From contig CAVTWJ010000016.1 of the NCBI GenBank assembly GCA_963738405.1, positions 33,507-97,506 of the forward strand: DNA of 64,000 bases. The letters run 5' to 3'. Shown piece after piece: positions 8,726-16,525 of this stretch. Every line of letters starts with the position of its first letter. Positions within the stretch are counted from its first letter, which is position 1. This DNA comes from a candidate division FCPU426 bacterium (GTDB lineage: Bacteria; Oederibacteriota; Muellerivitia; Muellerivitales; Muellerivitaceae). The notes below the pieces were generated by a model. The model worked only from the letters and a program-made list of their open reading frames with translations, ran no database searches and was not told the origin of the DNA. Both the position numbers and the translations under genes were made by a program.

Positions 8726-10231
8726 TTAGTAGAGGTAATTAAATACAACGGGATCAGCAGTTACGTTATATATTGATCCTTCTTTAGTAACTTTCCAACC
8801 CCAATCAATTTCTCCAAGGTAACTATTAAAGCTAGTCGTATTCCAATTATCTAACCCAACAAGATAAGCTTGAGCTTCCCAGTGACAACTTCCTCCATTA
8901 TTATCAATATCCTTTCTCGGTCTCTGTGATTGGTCAGTAAAACGGGCATTCCCCTTATCTGTTTGTTGTAATGCTTTCTCTATAGTGGTTGGATAAAGCA
9001 AAGGCCATGGCGAACCTTGTGGAAATCCATTTGCAATTGCTTGCGGACTATTCGGAATAAATCCATCAAAGTACCAATCATCTTTCGGTTGCCTGGATGT
9101 TAAGGGTATATCTGTTTTTACCCTTTGCACCCATCTATAAACATTAAATTTCGGTATTCTATTTACAGTTAAGGCATGCGCATTAAGTAAAAAACCACAA
9201 CTATGGCCATCGTTGTCTACTTCGCTTATTGGTAAAAATTCGAACCTAATTGTTCCTGCCAAATCATGAGCCAAAGCCGACCAAAATACATGTGGCTCAC
9301 TGCTAATTCCGCCATCATCATTCCCACTTGGGTCAAACCTGTTCTCGGGATTATTAGAAGCAAATTCGTATTTGTGGAGTGTTAGCGGGTCTTCCGTTTC
9401 CCCCTCATAACTATCCATCGTCTCAAATCTTCCGATGCCTGGATTCATCCATCTCGCTCTCAGATTGTAAAAACCTGTATTCGGATCGAGCTGTTCCCCA
9501 TCGAATTGACAAACATTCTGGGTTGATCCAGTCGAAGAAATAGAATTCCCAAACGCATCCAGGGTGTAGGTATCTCCCGTAACTTGGCCGGCTGAATTCA
9601 TCAGGTAACGAACTGATCCCTGTCCGTCATATCCGTAGTAAGAAAGGGTGAAGGTGCCAGGGACAAAGGAGCCGTTAGAAATTGCCTCTTGGTCTTCCGC
9701 TATTCGGCTTATCCCATAGGTGTAAGTCCTTCCCACTGCCCCGCCTTGGAGTTCATCCATCACTTGGGCGTAGCCGGTAAGGTTGGTGGAGCTGATTAAG
9801 TAGTTGGTGGTCACGCTATTGACCGTCTGGGAAACCTTGTTACCATCCCCGTCATAGATGAAAGATTCATTCAAGCCTGAGCCCGTCACGGTTAAAAGGC
9901 GGTCTAGGGAATCATAGGTATAGGTCTTGGCCGTGGGGTCGGTGAGGGTGTTTCCATCGCTGTCGTAGGTGTAACCCGCCGTCAGGCGGTCGTTTAGGTC
10001 ATATTGGCCCGTGAAGGTCTGGCCGGGAATCTGTGACAGGTCGGAGGTCCTTTGGTTGCGGTTGCCTACGGGATCGTAGGTATAGCCAATAGCCCCATTT
10101 ATGCTCACCGGGTCGTTTTGGATGATCTCCCCAGTTAACCGGTAGAGGTCGTCACCTGCTTCGAGACCACAAGTCGAGGAGCACGTCTTGGTTGCACCAA
10201 TGCCTGAAATGGGCATTGGTGCGTAGATCAT
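8726..10231 (-). CDS. Partial Rhs/YD-repeat protein with Rhs-associated core and C-terminal tip
   Basis: YTYDPVGNR, YTYDSDGN, YTYDSLDRL repeats; core FDGEQLDPNTGFYNLRARWMNPGIGRFETMD...NNPENRFDPSG; 5' part of a full Rhs is missing. Confidence 0.92.
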   Translation of the reverse strand: MIYAPMPISGIGATKTCSSTCGLEAGDDLYRLTGEIIQNDPVSINGAIGYTYDPVGNRNQRTSDLSQIPGQTFTGQYDLNDRLTAGYTYDSDGNTLTDPTAKTYTYDSLDRLLTVTGSGLNESFIYDGDGNKVSQTVNSVTTNYLISSTNLTGYAQVMDELQGGAVGRTYTYGISRIAEDQEAISNGSFVPGTFTLSYYGYDGQGSVRYLMNSAGQVTGDTYTLDAFGNSISSTGSTQNVCQFDGEQLDPNTGFYNLRARWMNPGIGRFETMDSYEGETEDPLTLHKYEFASNNPENRFDPSGNDDGGISSEPHVFWSALAHDLAGTIRFEFLPISEVDNDGHSCGFLLNAHALTVNRIPKFNVYRWVQRVKTDIPLTSRQPKDDWYFDGFIPNSPQAIANGFPQGSPWPLLYPTTIEKALQQTDKGNARFTDQSQRPRKDIDNNGGSCHWEAQAYLVGLDNWNTTSFNSYLGEIDWGWKVTKEGSIYNVTADPVVFNYLY

Positions 10232-10503
10232 CTAATCGGTATCGACTTGGAGAGGGTGTTTAACTGCGCATTCAGGTCGGCTACCTGGGCGTCGGTGAGG
10301 GTTTTGGTTCCGTTGGCTTTGAGGTCGGCTGATTCCTGCTTGCGGATCGCGTCCACCTGGGTTTTGAGGGTTTTGGCTTGGGCCTTGGTCAGTTTGCCCG
10401 CCTTCACTTCCCTCTGGATTTGAATGTTCTGCTGACGAAGCCGGATCGTCAGGCGGTTCATAGGGGTATGCGGAAGAACTTTGGGGGCGGTGGGCGTTGG
10501 CAT
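10113..10503. repeat. ~390-bp direct repeat, copy B
   Basis: Matches 7559-7950, offset about 2554 bp. Confidence 0.92.
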
Positions 10504-10566
10504 TCCCGCGCTAAAAACGGTTGTTTGAACCACAATAAAAAAAAGAATAAAAATTAATAATTTCAT
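10228..10566 (-). CDS. Small secreted helical protein, paralog B
   Basis: 112 aa; MPTPTAPKVLP...RLRQQNIQIQREVKAGKLTKAQAKTLKTQVDAIRKQESADLKAN shared with paralog A. Confidence 0.85.
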   Translation of the reverse strand: MKLLIFILFFIVVQTTVFSAGMPTPTAPKVLPHTPMNRLTIRLRQQNIQIQREVKAGKLTKAQAKTLKTQVDAIRKQESADLKANGTKTLTDAQVADLNAQLNTLSKSIPIR

Positions 10567-10613
10567 CTTTGGTAGTCCCTTTAAACCTCTTTAATCGAAA
10601 TAGCCAACACACC

Positions 10614-11264
10614 TTACATTCCAAAACGGCTTTCAAGATCAGAAATATGGTCATAAAGGTCTTTGTATTTTTCTTTAGAAATATTTTTTATACGGTCAAA
10701 AATCAATTTTGATTTTTTTAAACTCAAAACATTCATTTTATTGCATTCATCTGCATTCCCGCTTTCGACAACCACAACATTAAATTTTCCGGATGGCAGA
10801 TCCATGTTACTTGTTCGATTATTTTTTACGGGATATTTGAGTTCAATAGTACTGGTTACCGGTTTATTTACACTGCCGACATCAAAAACCGAAACGCCAA
10901 AGCTTTTCCCAATCTCAACTTCCGATTCTTTAGAAAAATAACCTTTGAATTCGTTCAATATTTTTAAAAAATCAACCTTGGTAACTACATATTGATTAAT
11001 CAAGTCATAAAAATTCAAATTATTTAGTTCGGTATTCAAGATTTTGAAACCATTCGTATTACCAAAAAAAAGTTTTATTTCTTTGGAATCCATCTTTTTC
11101 ATACTAATGATCATTGGAAATGTCGGGTGTGTTTCCGAGCCATAATATTCAACCCATATCGCATTAAACTTTTCATCGTTTTTATTTTGGGTTATCCCAG
11201 CAAAAAGTGATTTGAAAAGGAATAAACAGCAAAAAATTAATAAGAATATATTTATGGCCTTCAT
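10614..11264 (-). CDS. Putative secreted immunity/partner protein of Rhs tip 1
   Basis: 216 aa, AT-rich, signal peptide ending LFA, start overlaps the Rhs stop (TAATG). Confidence 0.6.
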   Translation of the reverse strand: MKAINIFLLIFCCLFLFKSLFAGITQNKNDEKFNAIWVEYYGSETHPTFPMIISMKKMDSKEIKLFFGNTNGFKILNTELNNLNFYDLINQYVVTKVDFLKILNEFKGYFSKESEVEIGKSFGVSVFDVGSVNKPVTSTIELKYPVKNNRTSNMDLPSGKFNVVVVESGNADECNKMNVLSLKKSKLIFDRIKNISKEKYKDLYDHISDLESRFGM

Positions 11265-12143
11265 TAATAACCCCCTTGGTAATCAATCGTTATTGGCTCT
11301 GGTCTTAAATTCAGCGTGCGTCCATTTATAACATCAAAAGCAAAACCATAACGAAATGAAACCATTGGTTGAAAGTTAAGGTCGTTCAGAGAATCGGTAG
11401 CTACAAATGAAAGGTCCGCTTCAAATGTTGTGTGTTTCGTAGTTAATACAGCACGCGGCATATCGAAAAAGACTTCATCGTAAGATGGAAAAAGTTTTTG
11501 CGCATTGTTTGCCTCAGTGGCGTTTTGATAGTAATACGGTATTGAACTTTTTGGCGGTACATCCAAATGCCAACCAGAAGGTTCTCCAGGTATTGAATAA
11601 CTCGCATTTACATATTGAACCCAGTTATAAATCGGATTTTTAAATGTGACGTTTGGGTTTGATCGATTTTTTGTAAGCGCACCTAAAATAATTTGAAGCC
11701 CCGCTGTTTGTTCATGATGCAACTCAGAATCATTTGATATGTAAATGCCTTTATATACCAATTGATCAACTCGGATTGCCGAAAACTGAAGTGAATTAGG
11801 CCATAAAACTTTTGGTTCAGACGCAGTCAATGACATCATGTCATCATTCCCAGTTGGATCGATACGATCAACTGGATCATTAGAATCATAAACGTATTTG
11901 TGCAAGCTCAATGGGTTTTCTTGGGCACCTTCATTTGTGTCCATGCTCATGAACCGCCCCAGGCCTGGGTTCATCCACCGCGCCCTTAGATAAATTAGGC
12001 CTGTGTCGCTGTCGGCGTATTCACCGAATGCGCCCACGTTGTTGGCAGTTCCCGCGCCTGAACTGGAAATCAAATTCCCAAAGGCGTCCCAGGTATAGGC
12101 ATCGGTAATTTGCCCGCCATCATTCATCAAGAAGCGGACATTC
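11264..12143 (-). CDS. Orphan Rhs core fragment with C-terminal tip (5'-truncated)
   Basis: NVRFLMNDGGQITDAYTWDAFG...GLIYLRARWMNPGLGRFMSMD...DPVDRIDPTG; homology ends near 12143 with an in-frame stop just upstream. Confidence 0.88.
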
Positions 12144-12210
12144 TGTAAGAGAATTAGGGGTCAGGCCTACATTTTCCATTCACTCAACTTGATGGTTCGT
12201 GGTAAGTATA

Positions 12211-12271
12211 TTATTGGGTAGGTATGCAAATGCTCGTACAGGCATTTGCATCACCAAAACTCACCCAATAA
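12211..12271. other. Long imperfect hairpin between the ParB-like gene and the Rhs fragment
   Basis: Outer TTATTGGGT/ACCCAATAA; inner ATGCAAATGC-tcgtacag-GCATTTGCAT. Confidence 0.7.
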
Positions 12272-12278
12272 CTTGTTG

Positions 12279-14294
12279 TTATTGGACATGTATCTTTTCC
12301 ACCTTAGAAACCCGCGGCGGCGGGCCGGGGTACACCCCAAAGATAATCGCCACCGGCTGGGTGGCAACCACCTCTCCGGGGTAATGCAGATCGCTTTGAA
12401 CCGTCAAAGCGCCCTCCACCCGGAAATCATCCTCGAAATAGTCCGCCTTGACGCATTCGGCTGGTTTTGTTGCCTTGAAAAAGACGTTGAGCTTCTCGTC
12501 CTGAACCTTTTGCAGATAGGACGGGGGAAAAAAGTCGTAAAAGAACTTCTCAGAATAGTTTTCCCATACCTCGTTTTTGAGGTATCCCAGCCAGACGGGA
12601 GTGTCCCGGTAGGTCGCCCCGAAGAAATAACCGGCAAAATCCTGAACGAACATCTTTTCGGATGGAATCCGGCTTTGGTATTGAACAGGGATCGAAAGGG
12701 TTGGAGCCGCTTGGGCCGGAACCACAGGTGGAGGCCCTTGATTTGGCGCCGCCGCGCTTTTTCTGATCTTTTGATGTTGCCGTGGTTGTGCCGGCGCAAC
12801 CGCGGCGAGTATAGATGACGCGGCTGGTGTCAATATCGCCTTTGGCGACGGCGGAGAGCCAGACGTTTTGGCTTGCTCCCAGCCAGTGGCAGAGTCATAA
12901 ACCCTTTCGGCTTCCCCTTCCACCCATCCCACCACCCGGCCTGGGTGGCGCCAAGCCCAAAGGATTGCCCAAAGGACCAGGGCGGTGAAACCCAGCTGGA
13001 TCAGCCCGTTGACCCATTTCCCCTCGGCACAAAGGCGGATGCCCTTTTCCAGCATTCGATAGGGCCATTTCACTAACCATTCAATTGCCCCAATCAGCTT
13101 GTGCCACACCCATGCCAAAGACTTCCACCATAGGGATTTGGATGCCTTAGCTTTTGAGGCTGTTTTGCCCTTACCGCCTCCTTTGGACCCAGACTTTGGC
13201 TTGCCCTGAGTTTTAGCCGTGCCCAAGGCTGAGGAGGCTTTGGTAAGGTGACCGGCCACTGCCGTTAGGAACTTGTGCAACCCGCCCTGAGCGGGAATGG
13301 TGGTATGGGTCTTTTGTTTCTCATATTCCTCGGGCGGGGTACCCGCCAAGACCGCCTGTACCAGGGCCTTCACCTTGGCTTCGGTCATCTTGTGATCTAT
13401 GGCCACCTTTAGCGCCCGTAGAACCAGGTCTTGTGTTTCGGGGGGAATGGGCGGGTAGGGCCATAGTTTCTGGGGTGCCAGCTGGGCCGAGGCCTCAAGC
13501 CGAGGCCCGTGACTTGCTTGTCCCGGCTCAATGGGGGTATCAGGAGCCGGGATCACCATTTTCTTCTTCACCCCCGGCTTTAGACCCGTTCCGGGGCCCA
13601 AACCCGCCAATTGAAAGGCCGCTCGGTCCGAAAATTCCCACTTTTTGCGATTCGAATTGCTAGCGTTGCTAGCAATTGACGGCTTTAGGGTGGATGAATT
13701 GCTAGCAACGCTAGCAATTAAAGCCCTTGATTCAGGATTTAGGAGCGGTAACAAGCGTATGGCTCGATTTACTTTTACTTCATCTATCTTCCATTTGTCC
13801 GCAATCTGCCTCTGGGTAATGTCCGGGTTGGATTTAATCTTTAGTTCTATGTAAAGGTAATCCGCCCACCAGCCCCTTTTTCTGACTTTATTGTCCCAAT
13901 AGAGAAGATCGGCGGCTTCTTCGGGGGTCGGGTTGTGGATGAACCCGTCAATGGTCTCCCATTGAAGCAGTTCGGCGGCCCTGTCCCGCAGTTCCCCGCC
14001 GTAGATCAGGTAATTGAAATCCCCCAGCTCCCAAGGCTTGCCATCCGCCCTTAGCCGGGGGTCATCGGGATGAAGTTGGGCTCCCCCCGCCAGGGGGTTA
14101 GCCTTATCAGGCCCCACCTGGATGGGATTCTGGAGCCCCCTTTGGGCCATATCATCCGCCTGATCCTTAATTTCTTGTTCGGTGGGCTTACCGGGGTTGT
14201 CCGGGTTGCGGCGGAGATTCTTTCTGGGCAGGGGCTGTTTGCCTGGGAACATTTCCGGCAATAACGCCAAAACATCTTCGATGGTTACGGGCAT
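12279..14294 (-). CDS. ParB-like CTPase/HTH protein fused to a TM helix and a C-terminal extracytoplasmic domain
   Basis: GLQNPIQV, YLIYGGELRDRAA (ParB Arg patch), HTH ITQRQIADKWKIDEVKVNRAIRL, TM LIQLGFTALVLWAILWAW; ATG 14294 follows GGAGG (ORF track starts at 14399). Confidence 0.8.
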   Translation of the reverse strand: MPVTIEDVLALLPEMFPGKQPLPRKNLRRNPDNPGKPTEQEIKDQADDMAQRGLQNPIQVGPDKANPLAGGAQLHPDDPRLRADGKPWELGDFNYLIYGGELRDRAAELLQWETIDGFIHNPTPEEAADLLYWDNKVRKRGWWADYLYIELKIKSNPDITQRQIADKWKIDEVKVNRAIRLLPLLNPESRALIASVASNSSTLKPSIASNASNSNRKKWEFSDRAAFQLAGLGPGTGLKPGVKKKMVIPAPDTPIEPGQASHGPRLEASAQLAPQKLWPYPPIPPETQDLVLRALKVAIDHKMTEAKVKALVQAVLAGTPPEEYEKQKTHTTIPAQGGLHKFLTAVAGHLTKASSALGTAKTQGKPKSGSKGGGKGKTASKAKASKSLWWKSLAWVWHKLIGAIEWLVKWPYRMLEKGIRLCAEGKWVNGLIQLGFTALVLWAILWAWRHPGRVVGWVEGEAERVYDSATGWEQAKTSGSPPSPKAILTPAASSILAAVAPAQPRQHQKIRKSAAAPNQGPPPVVPAQAAPTLSIPVQYQSRIPSEKMFVQDFAGYFFGATYRDTPVWLGYLKNEVWENYSEKFFYDFFPPSYLQKVQDEKLNVFFKATKPAECVKADYFEDDFRVEGALTVQSDLHYPGEVVATQPVAIIFGVYPGPPPRVSKVEKIHVQ
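13655..13719. repeat. Two perfect 23-bp palindromes inside the ParB-like gene (candidate parS-like sites)
   Basis: AATTGCTAGC-gtt-GCTAGCAATT (13655-13677) and AATTGCTAGC-aac-GCTAGCAATT (13697-13719). Confidence 0.85.
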
Positions 14295-14499
14295 ACATAC
14301 CTCCGGCCTATAGGGTTGTACGGCTGATTTTGGATATTTAAATTGTGTAGAAATAATTTTCAAGAAAAAACGGGGGAAACACTTAAACAGTTTGGACAAT
14401 TATTGTGCGGTTTTTTGAAACAACCGCGCTTTATCCTTAGATAAATTCAAATTTGCGAATAAAAAGGGCTGTCGCTTTGGGACAAAGACCCTCAGAAAT

Positions 14500-14529
14500 A
14501 AAAAAAGCCGCCGGGGTTTCCGGCGGCTT
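14500..14529 (-). terminator. Intrinsic terminator
   Basis: AAGCCGCCGG-N5-CCGGCGGCTT followed by a T-tract on the minus strand. Confidence 0.85.
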
Positions 14530-14546
14530 ATGAATAAATAAAAGAA

Positions 14547-14858
14547 TTACTTGGCGGCGCAAATCTTCAACTGGTCCAAAGCCGCATTGATGGCGCCGAT
14601 CGCGTCCATTTTATGGCCGTTGAAATCATTCTTGGCCTCCCAAAGGGTATGCTTGGCGTTGCGCAATTGCTGGGCGGCTTTCCAAATCATGGGGTGGTAA
14701 TGCCTCGCCCCGGCCTTGAAATCGAAATGGGCGTTATCGTCGCTCCCAACATTAACCGATAAATCGACTCCATCGGCTTTCACAACCACGGGCATCGCCA
14801 ACAGTCCCAACAAGGCCATTCCCAAAACCCCAACTCTCAAATAATTCGAAACGTTCAT
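14547..14858 (-). CDS. Small secreted helical protein
   Basis: MNVSNYLRVGVLGMALLGLLAMPVVVKA signal peptide after GGAGG; C-terminal HPMIWKAAQQLRNAKHTL...DFNGHKMDAIGAINAALDQL; 103 aa. Confidence 0.75.
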   Translation of the reverse strand: MNVSNYLRVGVLGMALLGLLAMPVVVKADGVDLSVNVGSDDNAHFDFKAGARHYHPMIWKAAQQLRNAKHTLWEAKNDFNGHKMDAIGAINAALDQLKICAAK

Positions 14859-14980
14859 GCAACCCTCCCTCTCAAAGTTAATCCGATCCCGACTGCGGAT
14901 TCGGAACGCCAATATTAAGACGTTACTGGGGGGCGGAGGGTTACATCCGGGAGAATTAAAATAGATTTTCCGTAAAGCGA

Positions 14981-16525
14981 TTAACCGGCCTTGTTCGATT
15001 TGGTTCGCTTGACCATCGCCTCTACCAGGGCCGGAAGGGTATGGGGTTTGGCCTCGACCGCCACTTTGCCCCCCCACTTCTTCACGGTATCGCCCGTGAT
15101 CGGCCCCACCACCGCAATTGAAACATCTTTCAGGACTTGTTTCCGTTGAACGGAAGTAAAGGCTCCGCAGAAATGATCCACCGTCGAGGAAGCGGCGAAC
15201 ACCAGCCAGTCCACCCCACCTCCCTTGAAAAACAAATTTTGAAGACTTTGTTTGGCTTGTTTCGGCACACGGGTTTCATAGAGGGACCAAAGGGTAACCT
15301 GGGCTTTTTGTTTTCTCAAGGCCTTCTCCAGTAAATCCCTTCCCTCCTTGGCCCTAGCGAAAAGAATCCGCTTCCCTTCCAGCTTCTGGCCTATCTTGCC
15401 GAAAGATTGAACCAGCCCTTCCTGTTTGTAGTCTTTAGGAACCAGGTCCGCCTTGAGTCCGTACTTTTTCAGCGCCATGGCCGTGACCTCGCCCACGCAG
15501 GCGATCTTGAGGCCGGAGAGGCTTCGCACATCCAATTTAGAAACCGTCAGGTGGGAAATTAAAATATCCACCGCATTAGCGCTGGAAAAGATAAACCAAT
15601 CGTAAGAGGAAAGGTTTTTGAGAATCTTTTTCCCCTCAGCTTTGAGGGGCAGGGCCGCGATTTCAATGGTAGGAATTTCAACCACTTCCCCGCCTTGGTC
15701 TTCCAACAATTGAGTGAGAAAACTGGCCTGCTCCCTGGATCGGGTTACGAGTATTTTCTGGCCCGAAAGGGCTTTATATTTCATCCAACTCAAGGGGTTC
15801 ATCAGTTCCACCACCTTTCCCATCACGACCGTGCAGGGAGCCCTTAAGCTCCTTTTTTTGACCCCATCAACGATATCAATTAGTTTTCCAACAACGGCCC
15901 GTTGGGATCCGGTGGTTCCCGATTGGATGACCGCTACCGGGGTCGAGGGGTCTTTGCCTTCGCCTATGAGCCTCTCACAGATTCCCGGCAAAGTATGCAG
16001 ACCCATAAGGAAAACCAGCGTACCTTCGGTTTGAGCCAAATGGGCCCAATCAATGCTCGTTTCAGCCTTGGCCGGGTCTTCATGGCCCGTCAGGATAGTC
16101 AGCATCGAATTAAAGGCCCGGTGGGTCACCGGAATGCCCGCATAGGCGGGAACGGCAATGGCGGAGGATATCCCCGGCACCACTTCAAAGGGGATTCCCT
16201 TTTCCACCAGGGCCAGGGCTTCTTCGGCTCCACGGCCAAACACAAAGGGGTCGCCGCCCTTGAGCCGGACGACGATTTTGCCCTGGAGGGCCTTACGCAC
16301 CAGAAGGTTGTTGATAGCTTTTTGGCTCAAGGCCCCCTTTTGGGAACGGTGCCCCCGGAATATTTTTTCGCAACTTGGGGGAATCAGGCTTAGGATTCTT
16401 TGGGGTATCAATGCGTCGTAAATGACCACATCCGCTTTGGCTAGAACCTCCACAGCCCGAAGGGTTAAGAGGCCCGGATCGCCCGGACCGGCCCCGACGA
16501 GATAAACCCTGCCCATGGGGTTCAT
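14981..16525 (-). CDS. cobA: Uroporphyrinogen-III C-methyltransferase / uroporphyrinogen-III synthase fusion (CobA/HemD)
   Basis: VYLVGAGPGDPGLLT, RLKGGDPFVFGRG; C-terminal HemD domain ILVTRSREQA, FSSANAV, VGPIT. Confidence 0.95.
   Translation of the reverse strand: MNPMGRVYLVGAGPGDPGLLTLRAVEVLAKADVVIYDALIPQRILSLIPPSCEKIFRGHRSQKGALSQKAINNLLVRKALQGKIVVRLKGGDPFVFGRGAEEALALVEKGIPFEVVPGISSAIAVPAYAGIPVTHRAFNSMLTILTGHEDPAKAETSIDWAHLAQTEGTLVFLMGLHTLPGICERLIGEGKDPSTPVAVIQSGTTGSQRAVVGKLIDIVDGVKKRSLRAPCTVVMGKVVELMNPLSWMKYKALSGQKILVTRSREQASFLTQLLEDQGGEVVEIPTIEIAALPLKAEGKKILKNLSSYDWFIFSSANAVDILISHLTVSKLDVRSLSGLKIACVGEVTAMALKKYGLKADLVPKDYKQEGLVQSFGKIGQKLEGKRILFARAKEGRDLLEKALRKQKAQVTLWSLYETRVPKQAKQSLQNLFFKGGGVDWLVFAASSTVDHFCGAFTSVQRKQVLKDVSIAVVGPITGDTVKKWGGKVAVEAKPHTLPALVEAMVKRTKSNKAG

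Noticed and set aside
7559..10503. CRISPR array
   Set aside because: Only two long repeat copies about 2.5 kb apart, containing coding sequence; no repeat-spacer pattern or cas genes in the window.
7559..12285. Integron cassette array (attC sites)
   Set aside because: The hairpins lack paired RYYYAAC...GTTRRRY ends and no integron integrase is in the window; kept only as non-canonical structured junctions.
14859..15077. Long N-terminal extension of ORF 14547-15077
   Set aside because: Overlaps cobA/hemD out of frame; RBS and signal peptide support the start at 14858.
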